In this document: piece after piece, positions 1 through 12,024 of the stretch | How the letters are laid out: every line of letters starts with the position of its first letter | How positions within the stretch are numbered: position 1 is the stretch's first letter | Assembly: GCA_010405405.1 (NCBI GenBank) | Contig: MU004238.1 | Location: 1,189,530-1,253,529 of the forward strand | Direction: 5' to 3' | Source of the DNA: Microthyrium microscopicum | Lineage: Eukaryota | Length of the DNA: 64,000 nucleotides | The notes under the pieces: generated by a model | What the model was told of the DNA's origin: nothing | Databases searched by the model: none | Seen by the model: the letters and a program-made list of their open reading frames with translations, nothing else | Made by a program: the position numbers and the translations under genes

Positions 1-9
1 AGTACTCAC

Positions 10-320
10 TATTGACCTTGCTGCTGCTGCGAGTTGTTGTAGTCTTGATAAGGCGCCATTTGACCATGCTGGAAGCCTCCTTGTTGGGGTGGTCCATAAC
101 CGCTTGGTTGTTCACCATATGTGGGCTGAGGAGGTGCTCCGTATCCGCCTTGCTGTTGTGGATATGGCGATTGTTGGCCTGGCGGTGGGTATTGGCCTTG
201 CTGTCCGTATGATGGAGCTGGCGATTGCTGGCCGTATTGAGGTACTGGAGGGCCCTGTTGAGGATATCCGCCGGGTTGGCCGTAGCCACCTTGGTTGTAC
301 TGATCGTAAGGTCCGCTCAT
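10..320 (-). CDS. First exon of a Gln/Pro/Gly/Tyr-rich protein; gene continues off the left edge
   Basis: ATG at 320 opens MSGPYDQYNQGGYGQPGG...QQQQGQ. It is followed by a GTGAGT donor (reverse complement of actcac at 4-9). Low-complexity sequence, so no family can be assigned. Confidence 0.7.
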
Positions 321-1379
321 AATGACGAAGTGTTGATAGAAAAGTGGAGTAGGTTGGTGGATGTAGAAGATGTGTATGTGTGAGGAAGAGGATGATGGAG
401 AAAGGCAGAAGTAGAGCAGTCGGTAGGAATTAAATACCTGCTTGTCAGTGATCCCAGGATAGTGACGGAAGGCCGGCAGCTAAGTTATTGCGCAGTTGTA
501 GAGGGGTTGGATTGAGGGGAATATCGAAGGTGGCTCTGGTCGCAAGGGCTCACTCAGCCTCGTTACGACGAAGCACTGCCCCGTTTTGGAAATTCGCGAA
601 CAATAATCGCTGGTAAGGTACCTACAATTCGCCCAAATGCCTTGCATACTCTAGAGTATTCCATCAAATGGAAGCTTGAAACTGATGAGCCACAATTTCA
701 TTTGAAGCGCGATGTCCTTTCCCTTTTGGCAAGGCACGCATGGCCACAGTCTGCGCACATCACCGCGTACATCAAAGGCGCTTCATATCTAGCATTTTGA
801 CGGCGGCTAAGCAGCCTGTGGCATGATAGTCATCTGTTTGACGCGTTTTGCCCCCTGCTTCAAAGGCGCAGAGGCTCTTAAAAACAGTTCAAATTCATCA
901 GAGCTACATTATGCCTGCAACTCAGGAAAGGCTTCATGTCCATGCGTCAGCCATATCATGTATTCCAAGCTCTTCTTCTCGTGAGCGAATATTAAAAGGA
1001 GAGTATCAGGCAGTTGAGGTGATCTAGCGCGCTCTTCGAAATCCGAGTAGATGGAACAGTATGTTCATAGAACGAAATGAGATCTTTTGACATGAGATTG
1101 AACGAATGTTGAATTCGAGATGTGAAAAATGCACTAGCTCGATTTGTGAGACCCAAGACTGCGCTAAAAATTATGTAATCCAGTGCCAAGCCTCAACTCT
1201 CCACTCCCACACATCGTTTTTGACTACCACCAGAAATACAGTCCAACATTCAACCACGACGACCCTCTACCATCTGCACCCGTAGGAACACCAGTACGCA
1301 AATCCCACTCTCGAAATATATCCCCTCAACTAATTCCCTAGCCACAGCCGTCAAGTACCGTTCCATCTCCACCACAATC

Positions 1380-1661
1380 ATGTCGTTCGAAACCGTCTGG
1401 TTCTCCCGCCCACGAGGCTACGGCAAGGGCGCACGCCAATGGTACGATCGCACAATCATAAATGGATGATAGGTGGATGGATTTGCTGACAATGGGGATA
1501 CAGCCGCGTCTGCGCTCATCGTGCTGGTCTCATCCGAAAGTACGGATTGAACATCTGCCGTCAATGCTTCAGAGAAAAAGCCAACGATATCGGATTCGTC
1601 AAGGTAGGATTCACAACTCTTGAGGAAGTCCTTTGACTAATTCTTTGTCTAGAACCGGTAA
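1380..1661 (+). CDS. RPS29: 40S ribosomal protein S29 (uS14), 56 aa, 3 exons (1380-1441, 1504-1603, 1653-1661)
   Basis: Spliced translation [56 protein letters not shown] has the CxxC...CxxC zinc finger. Introns are GT-AG with CTGAC/CTAAT branch sites. Missed by the ORF track. Confidence 0.97.
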
Positions 1662-1892
1662 GTTTCGTCCGTATGGCGAAGCTCGAGAGGACGGATCAAA
1701 ATCATGGCACCAAACGAATACCTTTGAGAAGCTAGGCTTTGCATGGCTTCGAATGGTTTTGCTCAAGTGGCACCAAATACAGCATTGTTTCACACAGGGG
1801 GCGGTGTTATGAGGGTATAGGAATGAACTTTTTCCCTGACAAAATATGAATTGTCTGTCTACTCTTATGTCCCATTAACAGCACCTGCAAGC

Positions 1893-3391
1893 TCACTCCT
1901 TGATTACCGCCTTTCCACCTTGGGAGTCTGGACGAACACCAGACATGAGAAACAACATATCGGAAACGCGCCCCCAACGTAGCTTTGAAAATATGCCCAA
2001 TGTACCGCCAGTAATGCAAAGCATTAGTAACAATTCAACAAAGGTAACTGCGCCCAAAAACGTCGACATTGCGGCCCATCCAAACCGAATCCTGAAATAC
2101 CCAATACCGAGTGATCCTACGGTAAGTCCAATGCCTTGCACTGCAACACCTATGCTATAGGCTTGCGCTGCTGGGCTGTGACCTCCGAAGACTCCAGGCG
2201 TCTTGAGTGATATTGCCTCGACAGATCGAACGATTTCCACGGCGACAGCAGGGTTGGCCAGTGCGAAAGTGATCCCAAGAACAAAAAGCATGGCACCGAA
2301 GAGAACCATCTCGCGAACAGTATGCTCGGTGACGAATCGAAGTAGTATGAAGGCCATCGTACTGAGTGAGAATGCAAAGACACCGACGACCTTGGCCCCA
2401 AATCGGTCTGTCGCGGATCCAAATAAGGGGGCTATTAGTAACGGGACCAGGAGAATCAGCATGAAAAGAGCTACATGTAAGCTGTTGAAGTTGAAAGTGT
2501 CTTTCATGAAGACTGGAAAGATTGTGTCCATGGAACCAATCCCAACGATAAGAACAAACTGTCCAAGAGCAGCTACTAGCACCCGCGGAGATGTGAGTAG
2601 AACGAGTATAACGTGCCTGTGAGGTGTGACTGGGATGGCCTTTATCTCGTCAGAAACCGGATCAACCAGGGTTTGATTACTTGGTCCTGCAATGGATGGC
2701 TCTGGCGATATTGGCTCTTCCTGGCAAATCTTGGGGCCACCTTCGTTTGAAATCATCAAGAGTCGAAGGGTGCCGTCGATGAGGATTAACACCATCCCAG
2801 GAACAAAAACGGCTAGATAACCCAGCTTGTCGAAGAGAAGACCACCGATTGGAGGACCCATGAACCACCCCAGGCTCATGCTCAGGTTGAGGTAGCCAAA
2901 CACTTTCCCCAGGCACTGACTACCTACTTTGTCAACCACCAAGGCGTAACCAACAGTGTAAACGATTCCACATGAGAGGCCTTGCAGTCCCCTGGAGAGA
3001 ATTGTGACGGGCAAATTAGGAGTGAATGACACTAGTGCTGTACCTAGAGCTTCGAAGAGAAGGCCCACGAGATACGGAGCACGTCGAGAGTGAATGCGGT
3101 CTGACAGGTATCCAAATATTACTTCTACGAATTAGCTTAAGCAGCTTAGGGAAAGTTGATTTGCTCACAGCTTCCCAGGAGCATGGAGGCTCCGAAAGTG
3201 CCGAGCATCACTGCGTTCCATTTCTGAACCTCGTCCTCCGGGACTTTGAGTCGAGAAGTAAGAGCGAAGGGTAAAACAGGTATTGTGGAGCCATAGATAA
3301 AGAGATCGGTGAACATGGCTAGAGACACAACGATCATGGCGAACTGTGGCGATGCTCGCACATCGCGAGCGAACATGGTGGAATAGGTCAT
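1893..3391 (-). CDS. MFS transporter (vesicular amine transporter-like), 2 exons (3391-3169, 3121-1893)
   Basis: Many hydrophobic helices. Motifs FTDLFIYGSTIPVLPF, GYLSDRIHSRR (MFS motif A), RGLQG, GPPIGG and GSATDRFG. GTGAGC donor at 3168. Confidence 0.88.
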
Positions 3392-6300
3392 AGGTTGAGG
3401 AACGGAGATGCATGGAACAACTCATTATCAAGAAGATGGAGTGTTGTAGGCAGATTGTTTCAGCATAATGGAAATTGGCAGTCTTCACTCAGCCTTTGGG
3501 GTAAGTGACTGGAATCTGGTGGGCAGTTATATCTCACATATCCATGGGGATTACTCGACTGTCTTACCTGTAAGGCTGTAACGACGCACAGTGAACAGGT
3601 AGAGTTTCCCACAAATCAAATCCAAAGTGACCTTCGGATCTCGGATAGTCGCTGTTGCCATCTCGAGAAGTAGTGAAACACCGTCTGGTGAGGATTGGAA
3701 GGTGCTCATCTTTCACTGTTGTAATGATGAGGAAGTCGCTTGTGCCATCACCCTAGCAATGTCCCCTTTTCTCCTAATACGCTCATTGACTGCTTTTGTA
3801 TCATGTGAGTTCATACAATAGTCTATACGTAGGTATACTATATAATATATTTCAGAGAGTGCTTCAAGAGATAGGTAACTTTATAGTACTGGTCGTTCTC
3901 TGCATATTGCTGAACGTGAGGACTTTCAAATGGTTACTCGTAAAGTCCATGTGCCATCGGTCCAGGATAGGCGATAGCATGGTCTATAAGACGTAGATGA
4001 ATATATCTTTGCTTAAGTAGCCTACTTTCAGTCAGCTTGTTGCGCATGACTACGATTTCTTCTTGGTCGCCGGCTCTATAGCAATCGAAACACTCCTGAG
4101 ATGTATGTTCTTCGGAGCACTCTCCAGATACCTCTATTTGCGATAGGGGCCTTATTGAAGCGATTGCTCTCCATCAAAGAAGGTCTCATATGTATTCAGT
4201 ACCCTCGCAATGTACGAATCACAGTTTTTAGAAGTCGTATGATGGTCTTGTGCACAGAACTATCTACAATGTGCGCGCCAAGCGACCGTCGTTTGATTTT
4301 GACCCCAGAGACGCGGTGTAAGTCATGGAAGTCCTGGTTGATGGTCCAATTGATGGTCCGTAGTCGATACGTATTAGGACTTTGTGAAGGTTTAGTTCCA
4401 AGTCAGTGGATTGTACATGAATGATGGAGCGAGTCCAGTGACTTGGTTTGGGATGTAGTGATGTACCTCAGTACTTCCAGAGGTACGGCGAAGACCAAAA
4501 TATATATAGGATGATCATAGATGTAGCCGACGGTACATCTAGATGTAAGCTTGTTCTTGTAGGACCAATGCGGAGGTGGTGCCGTTCAACCGATCTCGCT
4601 TACTACGTGTTCATGATTCAACGAAGGACGGAAGCGCAAGTTCTGTACACCGTTGGCGCAAGCTCTGTACTTCGTTGCTCAAGTGTGTATACCCTTCATA
4701 AAGACACGACCAGATTGCACTCATAGACAATCGGCCCATCAACGTCTGGTACAATTACTCTCGTATCGTTCCTTCTGAATTTTTCAATTCTACAATCCAC
4801 TAGTAGCATTTGGCAAGTGTCACCATTCGCAACCATTATAATGGGACTCAAGGATACCAATATCGGCCGATGCCTCTAAATGACAGCCAGATAGTTTACT
4901 GCCCTCATTCGTCTTTCGCTTTCTCCTTTCCAAGCATCCCAGAAGCCGTACTTGTTGGTGGGTAGTGTTATTCGAAAACAGTCCGACCATCTGAATCTGT
5001 TAGTATAATTTGGTCGACAGGGGTCAAGAGGATTTGAAATTAGCTATTACAGTCGACTTTTACAGGCGACTTGACATGGTGTCGCTGGATAGCAGTTTTT
5101 GAGGGCGGAATACCTCTCACAAGCAGCGAGCCATGCAATTGCTGTCTAGAAATATGTGTGGGAAATACCTACGAAGTTGTTTTTCCGAGTGGATCCGGAT
5201 TTGGTCCTACCCAAAATGACGGTTTCTAATTGATAAACGGCCAGAACTATCTCGAAAGGTGACGGCGGTAGTATGAAACGGCATTCAGATGCAGTATGCT
5301 ATTGCGCAAGTCGAACATATCGTCATAGTCACTATGATCTCTATAGCCAGGACTCGATGCCACGAAATTCGGTTGGAGTTTTGGTCTGAAAGCCCTGTAT
5401 CAAGTCTCTCCTATTGGTATTTTCGATCTGGGAATGCTTCAACGGGCTGCCAAAAGAGCTGCCTCAAGGAAAGCCGGCAAGTTTCCGTCTTGTCCAGTGT
5501 TCTGCAGATCATCCAAAGAGCACCGCACATGTTTACCATCCATCCCATGATGCATTTTTCCATCGCCATGGACGATTGAGATATTTGTCGTATGCGAATG
5601 ATTCCTGACTCCATAGGTGATTCGCGTTCGGTTGTATGGCGATGCCATGGTTCCGGAATCTATGCTGAATGGGATCATCCTATCAAAGTTGCTGGCAGCC
5701 CACTCAAAATTACCAATTCCCCAGAACCTCAGAAACTCTTCTCGCTCTTGTTAAGCTCTGTACATGCACTGCGAAGAGCAATGATGAGATTTCAGGAGAT
5801 GTCATGTGAGACGGCGGCATTTCGAGCTGGCAAGTAGCAAACCAAGGCCACTCAATTTCATGGTAAGCTTGTGGGCCGTGGCATAGCCAAGCTGATGAGA
5901 CGAATTCACCTGCAGTGATGGTCCTCAACCCCCAATCGAAGATCACAAGGCCAGCCAACAGCCCATTTTCCGGATTTGATGACATCTCGTCTTGGCTTGG
6001 CCGAGTCAAAGTAGCATATGCTGCTAGCGTCTATGCTGGCATCAATGCTATCTACAAGCAGCTTTGCTCGAAAGACCGGTATGGAGATAAGAAATTCATG
6101 GTGTTGTACGTTCGGAGATCAAGTTATGCATCGAAAAAGCTTTGTAATGCGGTCCAGTCCCGAAAAGGAGATAGTTTCCTGATTAGGAAGATGCGGCTCC
6201 CGATTAGGCAAGTGCAGGGTAGGTTAAAGTTTCGGACTCAATGGGCTCCACTACTACTCGGCCGAATGTCAACGCACTCACCCTCAATGGTTTAGCTTCA

Positions 6301-6679
6301 AGAGCTAGCAAACCTTTCAGATATGACTTGGTCAACTGTTTTCTTGCGACTCCTTGACGTCCTTGCTGATTAAGTATTTCCAGCGACTTTCCAAAGTCTT
6401 CCATCGCACGTCAACACGTAGCGTCATGTAAGAGCCGGTTCACTGAACTAATTGCAAGCGCTGTTCAGCTTATCAGACCATAGCAAGCAACGTCATGACA
6501 TGCACAATCAAAAATGCAGGGACGACCATGTGGGTTAAGCGGATTAGCTTTGTTCTTTCCAAAGGTATAAGTACTGCTGTGCGCTGAACAACCGTATCGA
6601 TGATGCTTCCGCAAACTACTCAACCTCCATTTACAACACCAAATCCTGCCATTGTTGAAAGTTCATACCAACCACAACA

Positions 6680-7684
6680 ATGACTTACACATTCAACATC
6701 TTCAAAGGCTCATCCGACGGCTCCATCCACGCCGCCCAAACCACCCGCCCAGCCCTCCAAGCCGACCAAGTCCTCATCGAAATCACCGCCTCCGGACTCT
6801 GCGGCACCGACGAACACCAACGCCACAACGACATTGCCCTCGGCCACGAAGGTGTCGGCCGCGTAAAGGAGCTTGGTCCCAATGTCCGTGAACTCAAAGT
6901 CGGCGATCGCGTTGGCTGGGGCTACATCCACGGTTCCTGCGGTCACTGTGAGCAATGCCTCACTGGTGCTGAAACTTTCTGCCCAGATCGACAGATGTAT
7001 GGGCAAACGACGCTGGACCAGGGCAGTTTTGGTGACCACGCGATATGGAGCGAGTCGTTTTTGTTTCGCGTGCCGGATGGGATGAGCGATGAGGAAGCGG
7101 CGCCGATGATGTGTGGTGGTGCGACGGTGTTTAATGCGTTGCATTATCATAATGTGCAGCCGACCCATCGGGTTGGTATCGTTGGTGTTGGTGGTTTGGG
7201 ACATTTGGCGATTGGATTTGCGAGCAAGATGGGCTGTGATGTTGTGGTTTTCAGTGGGACTGATTCGAAAAGAGAGGAGGCGATGAAGCTTGGAGCCAGT
7301 GAGTTCTATGCCGTCAAGGGTGTAGAGGAATTGGATATCGGGAAGAAGATCGACTTCTTCCTGGTCACTGCGAGCGCGCAGGTGGATTGGGAGTTGTATT
7401 TGCCAATTCTCGCGCCTGGGGCAGTGGTGTTGCCATTGTCAGTCGCCGAAGGCAACTTTGTGATGCCCTATATGCCGATTATTCAAAAGGGATTGCGCAT
7501 TCAGGGAAGTCTGGTTGCATCGCGATATGTCCATCAGCGCATGCTGCATTTTGCGGATCGGCATCATATTGCTCCTGTTCTTCAGAGATATCCTATGACG
7601 GAGGAGGGGATTACTCAGGCAATGAAAGACTTGAATGAGGGAAAAGTGCGCTATCGAGCGGTTCTTATCCCACAGAAAGCCTGA
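6680..7684 (+). CDS. Zinc-dependent medium-chain alcohol dehydrogenase (cinnamyl-ADH-like, probably NADP-dependent)
   Basis: Intronless 334 aa ORF. Motifs GLCGTD, GHEGVG, structural zinc CGHCEQC...C, and Rossmann GVGGLG. Confidence 0.95.
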   Translation: MTYTFNIFKGSSDGSIHAAQTTRPALQADQVLIEITASGLCGTDEHQRHNDIALGHEGVGRVKELGPNVRELKVGDRVGWGYIHGSCGHCEQCLTGAETFCPDRQMYGQTTLDQGSFGDHAIWSESFLFRVPDGMSDEEAAPMMCGGATVFNALHYHNVQPTHRVGIVGVGGLGHLAIGFASKMGCDVVVFSGTDSKREEAMKLGASEFYAVKGVEELDIGKKIDFFLVTASAQVDWELYLPILAPGAVVLPLSVAEGNFVMPYMPIIQKGLRIQGSLVASRYVHQRMLHFADRHHIAPVLQRYPMTEEGITQAMKDLNEGKVRYRAVLIPQKA

Positions 7685-8394
7685 GGTCAATGTGGTGGGA
7701 ATGGCATGACTCTATGAGCTATGCATGGCCGTAGTCGCCGACGCATTCTAATGATTCTATAAAGGAATATACTTATTTGCCAATCATGTCGTCTATTGTC
7801 CATTGTTCTACGTAAAGGATCCGATATCAGCATTCTCAGTTATGAACGACAGATAGCCGTCGCTCGTAGTTATGACCTGAATTTTGTCTCGGAGATGTCT
7901 CCGACATTGGCTTCGGTTGGAGCCTCAAAAGACTCCGTACTCCGTAGTGTTCACGAGATTGAAAAATGAAGATGGGCGGTTGCAGGAGCCAATTGTAAGT
8001 TGATGTACGAATTGGGAAGTGCTATCCTAGGCAAGCACTCGAATGGATTTCTGGCGCATGATCAAGTGTCGAAAGGTTTGATTTGCAGGTCACTTGATGG
8101 CCTGGAAATCGTCTCACCGAGTGTGACGGCAAAAGTTCATGGCAAATCCAATCCTGGCAACAACCTATTCTCTTGACCAGACTCATTAGGTACTCGTTAA
8201 TAGTATTGACATATTACATGTACTTCTCTGCAAGTCTTCATATGTAAGGTTCTCTGTACTATGTATGAAATGACGTTGGGATAGACGTGTTACTGAGACA
8301 TACAGCGACCTCTGTAAATCAGTTGCAAAGGTCAAGCTAAGTGTTGGTCAATTCGGCCAAAACCCCCACGCTTGCCAGAGAGGACTCGCAGGTG

Positions 8395-8427
8395 TTGTGC
8401 ATATTGTGCATATTGTGCATATTGTGC
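8395..8427 (+). repeat. 9-bp tandem repeat (TTGTGCATA) x3.7
   Basis: ttgtgcata ttgtgcata ttgtgcata ttgtgc read directly, ~450 bp upstream of the kinase ATG. Confidence 0.85.
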
Positions 8428-8870
8428 CTGTTCAAATGGTTGGCATTTGGGGGAGAGTTGAGTCAACGAGTGGTGTTATTGGCGCGGCAAACGGCAAGAC
8501 AGGGAAAGGGCCAACTAAAAGAGCGGGCCAGAGCCGCTGGGATTTAGTGGGGTACATTCCCTGCCAAAATCGCCTGCGGGCTTGCGTCTCTTGAGTCCTT
8601 CTCCGCCTTTGACTTTGCTTGCTTTGGGAAGGAACGGCAATTCAACCACCACATCCTCCAAATACATCACCTTTACCGTATCTCCTTCCTCCATACATGA
8701 ACGACCCCTCTCTACACCTCTGTTTTCTAGCGATTGTATGGTCTTGATCTACTGCCTCCCTCTGTCATAATCTCTTCGCCTACATTTTGCCAAACATTTA
8801 CAATACTACATTTTTCACCCACATCATTCAAACCTCTCAGTTCTAACCGCCGTCCTTTGATAGCCATTTT

Positions 8871-10856
8871 ATGGCGCAAGAGCACTCCCAGAACCTTCCA
8901 AACAACAGTGCGCCCTCACCACCCTCAGATATACCCGACCTTGCCAAACCCCCGCATGGCTTCGCGCCCGAGAGCCTTGCCTTCATGGGCTTCGACGCTC
9001 CCACCATCGACACTGTCGTAGAAGAAGCTGTCGCTGACGACTCGGACAATACCAAGGACGGCGATGTCTCGGACCCCAATCAATCAGACCACGAAGCTGG
9101 ACTTGTGATGCGTTCAGTTCATCACTCCCATCCCAACGAATCCGACGTGTCGCGTTTGCGCGAGCAGCTACAGAATCGCGGAATGAGCATCAAATTTGAT
9201 AATGTGGCCAAGACGGATGATGGGCTGGAGCACGAGTTGGAAACTCCATTACCCAAGAAAGATACACCTTTAACGGAGAACTTTGAAGAGGATGCACGAG
9301 ATCATCATTCAGAGCATACACATTACCACCATGACGGTCAACACGGACAAGAACATGTGCAGTCACATCCACAGGGCATTGGGATACCCATGCGACCACG
9401 GCCGCGAAGACATAGTGAAACAGAGAAAGAAGATTTTGACGCAATCACGGGCGCGCCACTACGTGGACCGGGAAGAGCGCGGTATCATCATGGGGAAATG
9501 CGTTATCCACTGGTACAAACCACTGTAGATGAACTCGCGCGTGAGAGAGGGTATGGAGAACCACCATCTTTAACTTCGGAGAGAACGGCATCACCAGTTT
9601 TGGAGGAGATACAAACACCTATAAATGGGAATGGAACAGTCATGTCGCCTGCTATCACAACCTCACCCATGGAATATCCACAGCCACAGGAGCAGACGAG
9701 TGCCTTTCCCACTCGCCGGTCTGTTTCGCAACGTAGTTTTGGAAGCCTAGGAAGTGTTGGCCGGCGACACACAGCAAAATCTAATGCATCTTCGCTTTCG
9801 TCGCCGGCTCGTTCCTTCCTAGCACAATGGCACCAACGGGATCAGGCTGTCAAGGAACCAGATCCAGATGAGGAAGGGTCAGAGATTGCTGGTACCGGCG
9901 CCAGCGGATATATTATAGGCCGTAAGATTGGATATGGTGGTTTCAGTGTCATCAAAGAAGTTACCACAATGGGCGAAAATCACGAGCAAGTCGTTTGCGC
10001 TGTCAAAATTGTTCGCAAGCAAATCAAGGGCAAATCAGATGCAGACAACGAGCGCGTTCAAACTGATTTTGAGCGGGAAGTCGATGTCTGGCGCTACCTG
10101 AAGCATCGCTACATCCTGCCTTTAATCGCCGTGTACGATACACCATTTGCCACTTTCTGCATCACCAAACTCAACAGTGGCGGCACTCTCTTTGATCTCA
10201 TTCGCACACGCCGGAAAGAATCCTCATCTATTGCTGAGGCTGGTCTACCTGTCGCCCTCGCTCGTCGCTACATCTACCAACTCGGATCGGCAATACGATA
10301 TCTCCACGAAGACGTACGTGCCGTCCATCGTGACATCAAGCCGGAAAACTGCCTTCTTGACATGAGCGCTCCCAATGCTTCTATCGAAGGTGGCAATGTT
10401 CTGCTTTGCGATTTCGGCATGGCTGACTTCATCCACAACGAACATCGACAAACGTCCGACGCGCATGCTAATATCGGTCCTTCCCAGACGTCCACCAACA
10501 TCCAAGGTAGTCTAGAATACACGGCTCCTGAGCTCATATCACAATCGAGCCCAGTATATTCTGCCGCGGCCGATATATGGGCTTATGGCTGCGTTATGTA
10601 CACTCTCCTCACAGGCCGAATGCCTTTTACACACGAATTCCAACCTCGTCTTGTGCTAATGATCGAGACTGGTGCATACGATCGCGAAGCACTACAAACC
10701 TGTCCTGCTGTTTCCGAATCTGATGCTAGTGCCATCGACTTAGTAGAGAGATGCTTGACACTACATCCAGACGACCGCGCATCCATCGCAGAGGTTCTAC
10801 AACATCCGTGGCTTCGTGGCTGCAAAGAGCTCTATGAGCCTTCTGATTTCGATTAG
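8871..10856 (+). CDS. Ser/Thr protein kinase (CAMK-like) with long disordered N-terminus
   Basis: 661 aa intronless ORF. Motifs IGYGGFS, AVK, HRDIKPEN, DFG, GSLEYTAPE and DIWAYG. Confidence 0.95.
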   Translation: MAQEHSQNLPNNSAPSPPSDIPDLAKPPHGFAPESLAFMGFDAPTIDTVVEEAVADDSDNTKDGDVSDPNQSDHEAGLVMRSVHHSHPNESDVSRLREQLQNRGMSIKFDNVAKTDDGLEHELETPLPKKDTPLTENFEEDARDHHSEHTHYHHDGQHGQEHVQSHPQGIGIPMRPRPRRHSETEKEDFDAITGAPLRGPGRARYHHGEMRYPLVQTTVDELARERGYGEPPSLTSERTASPVLEEIQTPINGNGTVMSPAITTSPMEYPQPQEQTSAFPTRRSVSQRSFGSLGSVGRRHTAKSNASSLSSPARSFLAQWHQRDQAVKEPDPDEEGSEIAGTGASGYIIGRKIGYGGFSVIKEVTTMGENHEQVVCAVKIVRKQIKGKSDADNERVQTDFEREVDVWRYLKHRYILPLIAVYDTPFATFCITKLNSGGTLFDLIRTRRKESSSIAEAGLPVALARRYIYQLGSAIRYLHEDVRAVHRDIKPENCLLDMSAPNASIEGGNVLLCDFGMADFIHNEHRQTSDAHANIGPSQTSTNIQGSLEYTAPELISQSSPVYSAAADIWAYGCVMYTLLTGRMPFTHEFQPRLVLMIETGAYDREALQTCPAVSESDASAIDLVERCLTLHPDDRASIAEVLQHPWLRGCKELYEPSDFD

Positions 10857-12024
10857 CGTAGCCCGTTTTTCTTCTATCTTTTGCATCTGTATTTCCTTTC
10901 TGTTTATACCCCCTCCGCTTGCTTTTTTTTTATTCTTGTGTGCTCCTGGAGAGTCGTGGGTAGCGGACCCCGTTGTACTGTATGATATGTAGCGCATGGT
11001 TTTGGAGCGAGATGAATGATGACTGTTAGTAGCGCTTTGTTGAGGATACCCCTCTTGTGTATCAAAAGAGCGTCGAATCTTGAATTTTTAGCGCCAAATG
11101 TGGGCTCCAGCGCGGGGCGTTGTCTGGCTGTTTTGGTGGTACTATGGATGATTATTATGAGGTCAAAAGCATCAATAGTTTATGAAAATGGCATTTCACC
11201 AATCTTCTCGTGACTGAAACATGTGCTTTGCGTTGGTCAAAATAACTGCCTGGTCCGAATACGTGAGATTTTTGTTCAGCCTTGCCCTCAGCCTGATGGG
11301 TGCATATGCCATCTCTACCGCTTCTCTGACATACCAATGTGATAATGAAAGAACCAAACTGGCTTATAAAAAATCAAACACGGGAGAAAGTTAGTTTACA
11401 GAACAAGGTTTTCCAAAATTCACAAGTATAAAATAACTGGGAATGAAAGTCCCACAGTCACTGGTTGTTCTTCCCCTCATAAAAGGCTCCCAAAACGTAG
11501 ACCTCATAGCCACAGAAACTTCGCTATCCTACCAAACCACTTGAATACCTCCAAAAGTATGCCCAAGAAAATTGCAAAAAAGTTCACCACACATCTAAGT
11601 GGGGCTCTTAGATGTGTGGCTATGAAAACCAGGCGACCTGATTTTACGATGCAAACGGGGCTCGAACTGGGGTTGTTCGGCACGCTTTCGTTAGACTTGG
11701 GTTGGACTACTCCCTTATTTACGCATCGGGTTAGTGCTACCTGACTCTTTCGAGATTCGACATCAGATATTAACCGTCAAGTGCGACCAGATTATCCTAA
11801 AAGGATATCAGTAAATCTCCAATGCTTTGAATATATACAGAAAATGAAATGTCTGCACACAATGTTATTGAATTAATTGATTGGAGTTTCGTCCACGAAG
11901 GAGTAGAATCCTTTTTTTTTGTACTATAAACTTTACAATATTGGGTCAACGAAGACTTATGCTTATTGTTTCTTGGAAAAAGCTTGTAGTAATCTCCCGT
12001 CTAAGAAGGCTGATACTTGATATT

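Noticed and set aside
3600..6450. Many short ORFs (e.g. 4101-4424, 5289-5579, 5915-6295) in a 2.8-kb gap
   Set aside because: No recognisable motifs or consistent splice model. It could be a decayed gene, but I cannot support that.
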